Shown: positions 12,410-29,590 of the stretch, piece after piece | How positions within the stretch are numbered: the first letter of the stretch is position 1 | Layout: the number at the start of each line of letters is the position of its first letter | Source of the DNA: Cycas panzhihuaensis | Taxonomy: Eukaryota; Plantae; Cycadophyta | Assembly: GCA_023213395.1 (NCBI GenBank) | Contig: CM041465.1 | Location: 21,638,001-21,702,000, forward strand | DNA: 64,000 nt | Direction of reading: 5' to 3' | The notes under the pieces: model-generated | Told to the model about the DNA's origin: nothing | Databases searched by the model: none | What the model saw: only the letters and a program-made list of their open reading frames with translations | Translations under genes and position numbers: made by a program

Positions 12410-14200
12410 AACTCTCTTTGTCCCTCTTGATCTTTTCTATTTTAGCTCAAATTCTCTATTGACCAAGTTTGTACACCGTACAAGGTAGATTTATTCCTTA
12501 TTTTTTACAATGGTTATATAAAATTAGTACATTGCACAATGCCTATAAATGAGACATTATTGATTTTTCTCTAGAATACATTTGTTTAATCTCTTCTTCT
12601 AACTCGCATTTCCTTATTTCCACCAAGAGAAAATCATGTCGTAAGGACTTAATCATTAACCAAAAGTGATTTACATACTCTACATCATCCCATGTCTACA
12701 TTATCCAAGCAACCAACTTCTGAATTACCTTCTCCAGGCCTAGTTTAATTTGTTCATCGAATAAGGCATCGAAGGCTGGTACTAGATGCTCCACACAGGA
12801 GGTATCACCTACCCAATGCATAATAAACTTGATTAAAAAATCTAGTTTCACTTCATATGCAGGTAACTAGTCTTCTATCTTCTAGATCCTCTACATATCT
12901 AGGGGGGTTCTCTTATTCCTAACCTCTAATTCGGTCACCAGATGCTAGATAACATTTTCTATAAATGAAACTTTCCAATGTGCCACGTTGTGTTGCTAAC
13001 ATTCCATTGGGTTGATTCCTTGTTTTGTTAATTCTTCATTGTTAAAGTTGAAATCCACCTTGGTTGGCTGATTGTTCAAGATCTCCAATATTTCCTTCTT
13101 TGCCTTCTTTGTAGCAATATTTCTCCTCTTCCTCTTCTCTTCCTCAATGTTATGAATTTTTTCTGCTTGTTGGGTTGGCTATTTCTCCATGACTTCCTCC
13201 TTCATCGACACACTTCCTATTTTTTGTTTCCCCTTCCTAGTTTCTTCTTTCTTTTTCACCTCCTTCTGCTCTTCTTCTGTGGGGTCATCTCTTCCCACTA
13301 TTGCTTCATTCCCTTGTCCTCTACTGATGTCTTCTAAGGAATTCTAGCCTAAGCCTTCCTTTAGAAAAAATCCTTAACTTTTTCCTACAACTCTCTTTAC
13401 CATGTCTCTCTATTATGCCTAAATTGATTTATCCAGGTCATCATTGCTGCTTCCCCTAGTTTCTTGTCTAGCAACTTTATCATTGGACATTGAGAGTATA
13501 ATAATACTTAAAATAAACTCTAGTGATAAAACATAGTTGACTGAGGTTTTATTTTGATATTGGCTAATTTCTCTAGAAATCTTCCTCTGAGAAATAATAC
13601 CTATTTGAACATTTCCCCTCTTGCTACTTGTAACAATGTTGTCCTCATTTCTGTAGATATAAAAAAAAAATTCTAACTGAGTATTACCCTTGTAAAAGAA
13701 AATGTGCTACCTAACATATCAAATTGTCTATGATGTTGATAATTCAAATGGTCGAAGTGGATACATCTGTAACCTGGGCATCCAATTCCTCCATCACCTT
13801 CTTCCATGGAATTCTTTTATCTATGGGTACTATTTTTTCTATATCTAGTAACCTTAAAATATTTGTAATCACTTGGGCTAATATATCTAGGATATCTGGT
13901 TGTTGGGATACCAATTGAATCATATCTATCAAAAAATACATTGTAGATGGAAATAACCCAATTTACATATATTGGACAAACATAACCTTAATCAAAATTG
14001 CCTTCCTTTGATCATCATTTGGCATGTCCCACCATTCATGCATAATCTTGTCATCATCGCCTTCATGTAGGTTAATTTATATCTACACCATTTCTTCAAT
14101 TTCTTTGAATTCCTTTCATCTCCAAATTCCTTTGTCTTCAAAAGCCTCATTAGTTCCATCTCAATTCTATTGTTTTATTTCTACCATGCCATGTAAAACC
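12410..14200 (-). pseudogene. Decayed extra ORF downstream of pol, same strand as gag-pol, function unknown; limits approximate
   Basis: Near-continuous frame broken by point stops: IMHEWWDMPND...MYFLIDMIQLVSQQPD..., then a K/E-rich tract (DPTEEEQKEVKKKEETRKGKQK) and a helical C-terminal part. Confidence 0.6.
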
Positions 14201-14744
14201 ATCATGACTATATTCATGGTTGTAATTATTTGGTTGCAACTCCCAATATACCTCTGTTTCACTCATCTAATGTATTTCAACCACTTGTCATCCTTGTTGT
14301 ACTCCACTTAATTTGTTACATGTGACTATCAGTTATCATTGCTTTTCTGTCGCTTCATCACCATCACCATTAATACTTTTCTTTCAGCTTCTTAATTTCT
14401 TTTCTCATGATTTCCCTTCTTGATTCCTTTCTAATTTCATCTTTATTGAACTAATTCTAACTTTGTATCCCATTGTTACAACCTTCTATTAATTTCAAAA
14501 TGCAATATTTCAATGGTGATTCAATTTGTATTAGTTTACTTCTAACTTATGTCCTTAATTTTTCTTTGTTGTGATCTTGCAATTCTATTTTCAAATTACT
14601 ATTTTACCACTCTACTTCTCATTTACCATTGTTTTTTGTTCTTTTTGCAAATTATTACTTTCCATTTGGGCTACAGTTTTACCTCTCCATTTCCCATTTG
14701 CATTCAAGTGGTGACTTTTACATCTTGTTCACAATTTAAATATG

Positions 14745-15116
14745 AGTTATAACTTCACTTCCTTGTTGCAACTTGGCCTCTGAGTTGTAAGTTTCACATC
14801 TAGGTTGCACCTTTACATCTAGGTTGTGACTTTGTATTATGACTTTGCTTCCAGACTACGACTTTACATCTAGGTTGTAAATATGCATCCAGGTTGCAAC
14901 TTCACATCTCAATTATAACTTTGCATCTGAGTTACAAGTTTGTATCCAAGTTCATTACATCTAGGTTGTAACTTTATGTCTAAGTTACAAGTTTGCATCC
15001 ATATTGAAACTTTACAAGTTTGTGTCTAGGTTGTAACTTTACATTCAAGTTGTAAGTTTACATCCAGGTTGTAACTTCACATCCAAGTTATAACTTTGCA
15101 TCCAGGTTCCAACTTT
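14745..15116. repeat. Tandem array of ~19 copies of a 19-bp unit (consensus GTTGTAACTTTACATCYAG)
   Basis: Consecutive units such as gttgtaactttacattcaa / gttgtaagtttacatccag / gttgtaacttcacatccaa / gttataactttgcatccag. Confidence 0.9.
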
Positions 15117-17354
15117 GGCCCTTGTTTTATTGAAATGATATATCATTTTTTATTGATGAAATGTAATAAATGATAATGTAGATGGTATTCTTATTATTCT
15201 AATGATGATGTAAACTATGGAAACAAAGTTTTCTTTATGATTAACTTAACCTCATACTTCTTTCAAAGTCTAGTTGTTTTTATCTTATTTTCAAGATTTC
15301 ACCTACAATTTTGTCATTTATCACTTTTTAAGCTTATACTTAATGCATTTCACCTCACTTTAGACTTATTTACTCTTTAGTAAACTCATTTCGGTGATTC
15401 AAAGCTTATTAAATATTAATTTTTATTAGTTTTTTGTCAAATTATCACTTCACTAAAATTGCATTTTTCACCTTGTCAAAAATGTGACCAATCGTATTTT
15501 TAGAATAAAATTGCATTTTTAGTAGGTGAAAAATACGACTGATCAAATTTTCCACTGTCATGCAATGAACATTTAAGCTAATGCACCAAAATTTTACATA
15601 TTGTCACTTAGGTTTGATGGGATTTAGTTCTCTTGATGCTTAGAAGTGTCAAGAGAGTGATTGTTAATTAGAATGAGAACAGAAAAAGTGATTTTTACTC
15701 TAGTATTGTGAGATTTTGTGAGTTTTTTAGAGATCTCTTGAGGACTGCTACTATGACTTTGAAGACTTGATTTTCTGAGAAGTATTGGGTGAAATCTCAA
15801 AGAAGTTTTATTGTTGTGTCCTTGTTATTAGATTTTTGATGGTTTGAGCTTCAATTTTCTTAGATCTTCATCAATTCTTTGCTCAAACTTCTCTTGACTT
15901 AATAAGACCTTTCCTATTAAGTTTTCAGACTTGTTTCATGGTGTTTTGAAGGTAATTTTAGTTCAAAATTATATTTTTTCATTGGCTGATTGTTGTCATA
16001 CTCTCGTTTGGACTTTTTCTATTGAAATATACACTAAAAGATCCACCCTTTGTGGGGTTCCTTAAGGATAGACTAGGGTGGGGAATGGTCATCTCTCCAC
16101 CATATATTTAGCTACTCCTTCCCACTCTCTCATAACAGCCTATATTTCAGTTGGTTTATCGTTCTTTTTTGGCATTGTTTGGCTCTAGTTTGGCCTCTTT
16201 GGATTTTTTATGCTTCCTTCTTTGGTCTTGCTTTGAAGGAAAGTGTGTGGGAAAGTTGGTCAAGTGAAAATAAAACTACCATTTAGATGCATTCTTTACA
16301 ATAGGAAAGGAATACTATCTTGTATCTATTATTGCATGCACTTTTATTTTCAAGTTAGCTCTTATATCTTGAGAATGAAAAGTTGATGGTATTATTTGAT
16401 TAAAACATCTCTTGTTTTCAATTTTACATTAGGTTCAAGGATTCCTTTTAGATCTCTTATTACTCCAATTATGATAGAACCTTTGGTGGTTAGTCTTGCA
16501 TAAATGATTATTATTCAGATATATGACTTGTCCATCATCTCATAGGTCTAAAAATTATTAGAAAATAATAGTAGTTTCCTTTAAGAATCTCTCTTTTTAT
16601 GTATTATTTCATCACTTTTTAAAGAGAATTATTTGCATGCATCAAAGTTGAAACATATTGGCTAGGTTTGCATGTTAATCAATCTCTTTTAAAAGAAATT
16701 CACATAAAAATTCCTGTGGTTATTTTCAGATTTTAAGTAGCATCATCTCTCTTAAAATGAATCATGCATGTTGCATATAGGAAATCTATCTCATAGTTAC
16801 ATATGCATCTTTTATTTAAAAAAAAAAAACAAACAAAACGGACTTGCACGCATAGTTTCTAGTTTGCTTGCTTATGATTTCATTATAAAAAAAAAAAAAA
16901 AAACAAGATTGATGTGAGTTTGATCTTGAAGTTTTTTTGGTCGTATTATTTTTCCCTCTGTTTACATCTTTACAACCATATCAAAACCTATAAACCTAAA
17001 CAAGACAAACTATCATTTTCATTAGCCTACTCTCTCTCTCTCTCATATCTTAGTAAAACTAAAAAGGTTGAAATGATTATAAGAGAGAAGTTCCTAAGAA
17101 GGATATTAAGGATATTGTAAGTGCAGTTCTAAACTTAGAACTCCTTTATCAAGTCATGTAGGTTAATGGATTATATCACCCCATTTCATATCCATACCTT
17201 TCATCATACCCATTCTCACTTAGGTAGATGGAACTACTAGATAAAGACTCCTCCTTAGGAGTTGGGTAAAGATGGTCCTTTAGGCTCTCTGGAGCTTTGC
17301 ATCTCCTAGATTTAATCACTAAAGAAACTAAGAGATATTGAATCTTGATTTAAT

Positions 17355-20300
17355 CTAGGCCCTAACCATATTTTTGGTAGCCTTGTTGAGGATCAAACTC
17401 AAGATCCTCCTAGAACACCACCAGTTCTTATGGTTCTTATGCTTTTTTTTTTTTGTTATATACCTTTTCAGTTGACTTTTGTTGACTAGTTTTTTAAACA
17501 ATGTTCTATCAAGCTGTTGGAGTCGTACTACTCCTTTTGACCAAATGTGATTTACCATATATAGGCCAATACATCTCAACTTTAATTTCCTAGGTTTGAT
17601 TTAAAAATTACTATTATAAATCAAAATAAGATTTCCTTCTTAGAACTATAGAACTTTAAGGTTTCGATCATGCTATGCCTTTCTTCTTATCTTTTCCACT
17701 TTTAATTCCTACCAAGCTCTTGCCTATTTTTCATTCAGCTTCATCAGTTCAATATACCATTGATTTTATGAATTAATCTCTAACAGTCATAATTTTAATG
17801 CCACCCTTAAGCTTCCTATTTGAAATTCCAAAGGGAGTACAACTTCCAGGCCATAGACTAGCTAAAATAAAGTTTGCTTATGTGGTTGCTTTACTATTAT
17901 CCTATTAGCCCATAAAACTAAATGGAGTCACTATGTACAATTTGTATGTCTTTCATTGTAAATATTTGATAATGCCAATTTTAGAATTTTATTTGTGCTT
18001 TCTACCTACCAATTTGCTCTTGGGTAATATGGAGAAGACTTAGAATGTTGAACCAAGAATTCCTGCATTAATTGCTTTATCGTTTCATTAAGAAAATTGC
18101 TACCTTGATCCAAGATGATCTCTATTGGACAATCGAATCAAATGATTATTATTTCATATAGGAACCTAGTGGTAATTTGTTCATCTCATATTTTTATTGC
18201 TTTGGCTTCTATCCATTTTATTAGAAAATCTGTAGTGACTAAGATGTATCTCACATTCATACATTTAGTTGGTGGTCTAATTGGTCCAATAAAATCTAGT
18301 CCCTATTTTTCAAATGGGGCTTGAGCTAGTATAGGACACAAAGGCATTAAATAATTTTTTATTGGCTTTCCTACCCATTGATATATATCACAACTCTACA
18401 CCCGCTTTTGTATATCCTCAAAGATTGTGGACTACCATAGACCTACTAACACAATTTTTCTACTTGTTGATTCTGCACCTTGATGTTTTATTGTGACTCC
18501 TTCATGGGCTTCTCTGATGATAGCTTCTACTTCATGTCCCATTAGACATCTTCTTAAAATTTGATCAGGTCCTATTCTATACAACATCCTTTGAATCAGT
18601 TAGAAAGGAAAAGTTCTTTTGATGAAGCTTTATCGTTCAACACATTCCATCCCTATTGGTGTTTGTCATGTTGATAAAAATTGTATGATGTCCTCATACC
18701 ATTTAGGTACTACTTGAATGGAAAATAATTATGTATCCAAAAAATCATCTTGAATAGTTGTTGCTAGTTCCCCATCACTTCCTGTAATAGAACATCCAAG
18801 ACTATATGCTTAGCTCCTTTTTTATAATAATCTTGAAGCTAAATTCTTGAAATAACATAAGCCACCAGCTAATTCTTCCTTGAATAATGGACTTATTAAT
18901 TAAATATTGAAGCACCTTATGATCAACAAAGAAGATAAATGGATTAGCTAGTAAATAGTACCTAAACTTCTAGAGAGCATATACCATACCCAATCCTTCT
19001 CATTCAGTCACTGAATATTTCTTTTCAGCATCTGTTAATTTCCCACTAACAAAATAAAATGGTAAATCAATTTTATCATCTTCTGGTTGTGTTAACACAC
19101 ACCTAATTATAAATAGGGAAGTGTTTAGATGTACATGAAAGGTTTTTTACTAATTTAGAAATCTCAAGATTAGTGCTTGGGCTATCTTTTTCTTTAGCAG
19201 TTCAAATGCTAATTATTACTAAAGATGCCACTACCTTTCCATCTTCTTTTTAAAAAAAAATTCTAATGGGTTTACTATATGAGCATAATCCTTTATAAAA
19301 TTCCAATAATACCCTATCATTCCTAAGAATGCTTTTACTTGCCTCTGAGTTTTAAGCATCAGAAAGGTTAAAATGACTGCTACCTTGTTTAGATCTGTTA
19401 GTAATCCTTCTTTTGTTACTACATGCCCCATTAGAGTTTTGAATGGCACCATAAAGGTGCATTTCGCAGGATTCAGATAAAGATTATTCTTCTTATAAGT
19501 TTCCAGCATTGATTATAAGCATTCAAGGTGATTTTTAACAAAGTGAATAATGTCCATTCATTAAAAAATACTTGAAATATTTTCCTTATTATTTATTTTA
19601 AAATGTTAAGAATGACTCTTTGAAATGTTGCACGGGCATTTGTGAGTCTAAAGGGCATTACCTGGAATGCATACGTACCCTACTTTGTGATGAAGGTTGT
19701 TTTTAATTGATTCTTAGGTGCAATTTGGACCTAATTATATCCATTGAATCCATCAATGAATGAGTATATCTCATGTCCTACTACCTTCTCTAAAATATCC
19801 TCTGTAAAAGGGATTAGAAATGGATCCTTGTTAGTGGCTTTATTCAGGACTCTGTAATCGACACAAACTCTCAACTTCCCTTCTTTTTGGGGGACTACCA
19901 CTATGGGGCTTGCCCATTCGCTATTCTCAACTTTAAAAAAATAGTTTTCCTCTAACAATTTGTCTAATCTAGTCTTGACTCATTCATTATACTTGAGATT
20001 CATATGATATGGTCTTTGCCTTACTAATTTTGCTCCTTCCATCAACTCTATTTTACGTTTTCCTAATTCCAGTGGAATACCTTTTAGGTCTTTGTAAGAC
20101 TAGGGGAAGACATATTTATATTCCAAGAATAATGAAGTTGCTTGTTGCACCATTTCTTCCTTCCGATAATCTCCCATAATAATCATTCGTGGTTGTTCCT
20201 CATTCCCAATATTAATTTCCTGTGTTTTTAACTTTTTCCCTATCACCGTTTTGTCATTTGGGCCTAATGCATAGGCTAATACACTATCAATACTCCACTC

Positions 20301-22800
20301 CATTATGGGACTATTTTGCAGATCTTCTTTTTCTATTTGGAAACAATATATTTCCTAATTTTGAATGATCAGTTCTATTCCTTTAATATGCCTCGCCTAC
20401 TTCTAAAAATTTTTATAAAACTTTAAAGGAAGATTTTTAATGATTTGAGACCAAGAATTAAAGTTCTACAAATGCACTCCATACTCAATTTAAGTTTGTG
20501 AATAAGAGAACACCAAGTATAAAAATTGTTACTGCCTTTTATTCCTTAAAATTGTATTACATAATTGTAGAGCATCATTATATTCAGTTATAAGGATAGA
20601 TTTTTCTTGGACTTTTTCCAACTGAGATGGCTCCTCATTCTTTTCTTATGAAGATTCCATGCAACATTCCACGTGATATCACACAGCTGGTTCCATTTCT
20701 TCCCAAGCATTATATAAATAATTTAACATATAAGAAGATGAGGGACTACTTGGCAATCTTGGTTGTATCTGGAATGCTATTTTAGAATAAGAATTCATTG
20801 TGGATTTTGATGTTATTATTGTAGATGAAGCTCTTCCTTCATCTTCGATCTTTTATATCTTTGGACCATCTAAACATAAGGAAAAAGTTATTGTTTTTTC
20901 TCCCACTAGCAATGTAAAGGTATGTTTTCCCCAATCTTAGATTATGTTTGTGGCTAGTAACCATGGTCTTCCTAATAGAGCTAGATATGTCCTCTTTTGG
21001 TCCTACATCTGGACTACTATAAAATCTAATAGTATAGTTACTTCTTTTGTAGTTATTGGAACATTTAGAAATGTTCCCATGGGTCTGACTTGTAATTGAT
21101 TTGATAATCTAATCAAATAGTCTGGAGCAACCACATTGGGCCTTCCTAGTGCTATCCATGAAGATTTAAGTAATACATTTACCCTTAATCCCCCATCTAC
21201 GATGGTTCTACATAAAGTGGTTCCAAACATCATCATTGGGACTCTCGGGTCTATTTATATATCTTTTATATTTCTAAGGACTAGTTTCTTAATTTGATCT
21301 AAAACTAATTACTGAAAATACCTTGCTTCCCACCATTTAAATACAATTGATATAGGAATTAATACTCCTAATTCAGTAAGTATATCCTTCATAGTTTGTA
21401 ACCTCTACTAAGGATTTATACCTTCTAGTGATTGGGTTGTCCTCCTCTTATAGTGAAAGCCTTTAAATCTTCCTGGTCACCTCTCCTCTTAAGTTTCTCC
21501 CGTTGTGTCCTGAAGTATCTTTATCACCTCTTGTAGTCATTATTTCTCTATAGTTGGATCTAGAAAATTATCCCGAACAAGAGGGGATCCAGTTGATTTA
21601 CCACTTCATGTCTGTAGGTAAGTTGGCTTCTCTTGATCCAAAATCATATCCACTAAATTGGTGGTTTTTATCTTATTGTTCTTAGGGAAATTAGACCATT
21701 CATGATCTAGTGGTCCATATCCTTTGCAAATATATTCTCCCCCTTTCTTCTCTAATGGACATTCTGATCTAAAATATCCCCATCTCTGACATAAGAAACA
21801 ATGAACATGTCTTGTCTTACCCTTATATTGCTTTACAGCTCCCTTCTCTATCTTTTCTGAATAAACATTATGTATCTTACGTTCATTATTTTTTAGTCAG
21901 AAGTAGCATTCTCATGTGTTATGATTATTCCTTCGACAAATCTCACAGCATTTTATGGATACTCCATGCTTAGTTTTTAGGTGTCCTTCTTGATTGCATG
22001 GCGGGGTACACCAATTATTTTCTCTTAATTTTTCCAATTGCAATCAGGATAACTCTGTGCAAAGCTTTTTCAATTCTTGTATATGTTGCATGCTATTTGA
22101 AACAAAAATGGTAGGTTACTACTTCAATGCTTCTACTTCTTTCTTTAAGGCTTTGATTTTTGGATTCGTACCCATTTGTGATGTGGGTTGTGCTAGCGTA
22201 TTAGAGCAATATGTTGGGGGTTGTATCATCATCTGGGAATAAGTTGATTTCATCTCATTTTTAAATTTCAATGCTAATTCCCTCACTTACTTATAACTAT
22301 TCATTAGATGCAACATTACTTTATCTCGCAATTAATGTATCAATCGTTATATAAAATATTTCATTACTAACATTGGGTTGATTGCTATTGATGCATGTAT
22401 CTTATTCATTATAACTTACATCCTTTAATCAAAATCATTTATAGATTCTCCTAGATACTGACATATTTCTTCTAAAGCTTGCAAAATAGCTATTAGATCC
22501 CTCAATTTCTAAAATTGATCATGCAGTTGGTCCCAATTCAGTTGTTGGCCTGCTACATATTAGAACCATGCTACTGTAGGGCCCCTTAATGTTAAAAAGA
22601 AACGATCCTCTATTGCTCCTTAATCTATGATCCTTTTAATGTGGATTATATTTTTAAACAATGATAAGTGATCACTGGGATCTGAAGTACCATCAAATTA
22701 AAGACTCAAAAACATTAAGTCACTTTGCACTATAATGTATGGAGTCATATTTACTAGATTTCCTCCACCTAATATCCCTCTTTGTCCTCCTCCCATTGCA
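17355..22800 (-). pseudogene. Gypsy gag-pol (gag with multiple zinc knuckles, PR, RT, RH, INT), decayed
   Basis: PR IVDGGLRVNVL (21003-21236); RT WASPIVVVPQKEGKLRVCVDYRVLNKAT (19731-19958) and LNPAKCTF...FLGMIGYY (19231-19509); INT YYPRANW and a GPY/F-like tail (17355-17579). Confidence 0.92.
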
Positions 22801-23328
22801 CTTCCTGCGCTACTCCCTAGGGTCACCATTGGCAACTTGAATAAGGGGTTTATTATGTGGCTTGTAGTTTAAATTTCTAATAAATAATGATTCCACACTT
22901 GTTCTACCACACTATATATTACTAACTCAATGGAATTCTCCTCTAATGATTCTATTTTTTATAAATTTCCTTTAATAGTATCCTATAAAATATCTTCTCC
23001 TGCACTCAGTGCTTGTGCCTCTTTAATTAGATCCTCTTCTTTTACACACCTCTAATTACTTTCTTCATCTGCTTATGTCTCTATTATACACATATTTCAA
23101 TCCTTTATTCCTTCCTTATTTTTTTATTTCCCCTTTCCTATTGAGTGTATAGATGGTTGCTTCTTCACCTACTTCTTTGTCATAATTATAAAGCTAGGTT
23201 TACGTACCCTCGCTTGGATTCTTTCTTTCTCCTAATGCTTCCCTTGATCATGATGTGTTTTAGCTTCTAATTTGGGTGGTATAAAAGAGGACCCATAAAA
23301 GTTGATCTCATCCATTCTCTTAGTTCAA

Positions 23329-23344
23329 TTTGGAAATGGAACCA
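23329..23344 (-). promoter_or_regulatory. Primer-binding site (possibly degenerate tRNA-Glu)
   Basis: TGGTTCCATTTCCAAA lies 1 nt after the 5' LTR; it resembles TGGTTCCGTTGCCGGG with mostly G>A changes. Confidence 0.5.
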
Positions 23345-23345
23345 A

Positions 23346-23706
23346 TGTGTGTCGTACCTGAAATATCATAAGGAACAAGCACAAGGATCAACTAATTACA
23401 AGCATTCATCAAGTACACAGCCTTACATGAGAGCATAAGAACCATAACCATTGCATTATGATGGGTCACTCTGTTCTCTCACAACCAGAGCTGACCTAGA
23501 ATAGTACACACAGAATGGATCTTACAATAGACAAATTACAGCTAACCTCCTCCCATGTGACAACAACTAGAGTGCTGTAACTTTTTCCCCAAAAAAAATC
23601 TCTTATTTACATCCTTTACATCGTAATATTTATATTTACTATGATCTAAGTTAGTTGCAACTACTACAGATATAAACAAAAGGTTACAACTTAACTACCA
23701 CACACA
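23346..23706 (-). repeat. 5' LTR
   Basis: TG...CA ends; partner of 11970-12335. Confidence 0.92.
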
Positions 23707-24887
23707 AAGCCCTCTCAAATGGGGTAAATCCTTCTAATCTAACCCTTTTTATTCTTTTTCCTCTAGGTGGCCTTTGCCCCATATCAATATCTATGAGATT
23801 GTAGATATTGATGTAGGCCCCACTGAGAAATTTTATCCTTTTAGTGGGCCCCATTGCAAACTTTATGACACCGCGATAAATACCACAAGGTCATTAGTAA
23901 ACCCCCCCCCAAAAAAAAGGGTGGTGGTGGCCTAAAAATCTAAAATTTTTATCTAAAGTGGACCTGGCTCGATCCATTGGGACTAGGGTTATCTAATGCC
24001 CTAGTCCTCCCCCTCCCTAGGCCTTTGATAAGCTCTAGGGGGTCCCCATGGCCCTTATGGGGCCTAAAATTTACAAAGAAAAAGACATTAATCTTAAGCA
24101 ACAAAATAGAAGGGTTAAGGTATGATCCACTTATTGGATCTAGTCTAATTGTAGCCATCTCATCATCCCAATCCTAACAATTATCTCCTCACTTTGATCT
24201 AATAGTAGGATCTCCCAATGTGTGCTCTTGTAGGGTGGTGAAGCCTCACTACTCGTAAGGGAGGGCTCTAGATCTCTCGAGGGGCTCATGAAAATAAAAC
24301 CTATTTTTGCCCTTTTACTCCTTTTTATTCTTGGAGCCTCCATGGGCACCATCTCTATTTTCTTTAGCATGATATCCCTTAGGATCATTTTTTTATCCTC
24401 ATCCTTTTTCCCTTCAGGGTCTTACCCCTATTCCACTCCTATATATCCCTTTTCATCTCTTTTGGGCACATTTATGATAGATCCTTCTAACTCCCTAGAG
24501 GCCCTTCCATCTCATTTTTTATACCACTTTGAAACATGCCTATGTTTATACTCCTTCGGCTAATTTTAGTTCCTTGGGTTTGTTTTTGCCATCCATTTAA
24601 GCCTTACAGGCTCCCAGGGAAAGCTCCTCCTCCCTTCCAGGCCTTCATTGGCCCTTCTACAACCCTCAAGGGCATTGGAAGAGTGTATTTACTAGTTTTT
24701 TCTCATCCTTCTACTGGGGAAGCCTTCCTCGAGCCTAGTAGCCTACCTCCAGGGCTCTCCTATACCCTCGTGACTAACATATCCAACCCTTCTAAGCTAT
24801 GGTAGCCCCATTGCTACCTTTTTCTCTACTTCAACCTTACCATCATTATCTCTTTGGTAATCCAACCTAAACTCCCTTCTTCTTGCC

Positions 24888-25310
24888 ATGGTGTTGCTTA
24901 TTTTCATTGATGGTGGTATTTGTAGTAACCCTAGACCTTCCACAGCCGTGTGGATCCTTTAAGATCCCCACAGAAATGACTACATTCACTCTGGAGTCTA
25001 CCCACCTAAGGATATGAATAATGAGGTTGAGTATACAACTGTTATTGAAGCCCTAACTAATGCACTCTACTTTTACCATAGCCCCATCATCCTCTATTAT
25101 GACTCCTAGATTGTCATGTTGCAACTAGCGCAAGTTTACCAGGTGTGTTGTCCATAATTAAAAGCCCTTGCATCGACCATTAGGTCCCTATTATCTTTCT
25201 TTTCTTCTGTGGATGTCTATCATATTCCTTAAGATCTAAATACTGAGGCAAATAGCCTTATCTACCACATCCCCAAGCGTCGCCTCCCCTTCTTAGATGA
25301 CTCTTCCTAG
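24888..25310 (+). pseudogene. Archaeal/plant-type RNase HI (aRH) ORF, 140 codons with in-frame stops
   Basis: MVLLIFIDGGICSNPRPSTAVWIL*DP...MNNEVEYTTVIEAL...ILYYDS*IVMLQL..VYQV...HIP*DLNTEANSL retains the DG, NNEAEY, DS and H..R..N..AD motifs in decayed form. Confidence 0.88.
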
Positions 25311-25805
25311 TAACCTAATAGGTTGGCTCATCACTGAGACATTTGGATCATCCTCCTTTTTCATTATAATTATCCTCTCACCTCTTAAAACATGCCACTA
25401 ATGAGGTAAAACTATGGTGACCATAAGTTTGATCCTTCACTCTACCTTCGTACCACCCATAGCATGATGCTTCTACATATTGATTCTCCATATGTACAAA
25501 GTTTTGGTTCACATCTACTTATTGATTATGTTCACTACCCTGTGTAGCACTCACATTACACATGTGGGTGATGGGGGCAACCTCCTCATCCCCCTATTCT
25601 TTTATGTTATATTCTTAAATGATGTATGGGCAACCCCCACTTCACTCTATTCACTTCCATGTCTACATAATATGTCATGGCACTTGCCACTCCCCTTGGA
25701 CGATGATACAATTACATTGGTAGACGATACTGACTCTGTTGTGTTGACAACATTTGCCATCACTAAATGCTCCCTAGCAACGAGTCTCTGCTACCAAAGA
25801 GGTAG

Positions 25806-29589
<3,784 letters not shown>

Positions 29590-29590
<1 letters not shown>

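Larger units (their letters stand above)
11970..23706 (-). mobile_element. Full-length non-chromovirus Ty3/Gypsy element (Athila-like pol, short LTRs) with a long 3' accessory region
   Basis: LTR pair 11970-12335 and 23346-23706, TSD GAGCC/AAGCC, PBS next to the right LTR, PPT GAAGGGAGA next to the left LTR. gag-PR-RT-RH-INT on the minus strand; no chromodomain seen. Confidence 0.93.

Noticed and set aside
14745-15116. CRISPR-like array
   Set aside because: Contiguous degenerate 19-bp units with no unique spacers and no cas genes, in a eukaryotic TE context.
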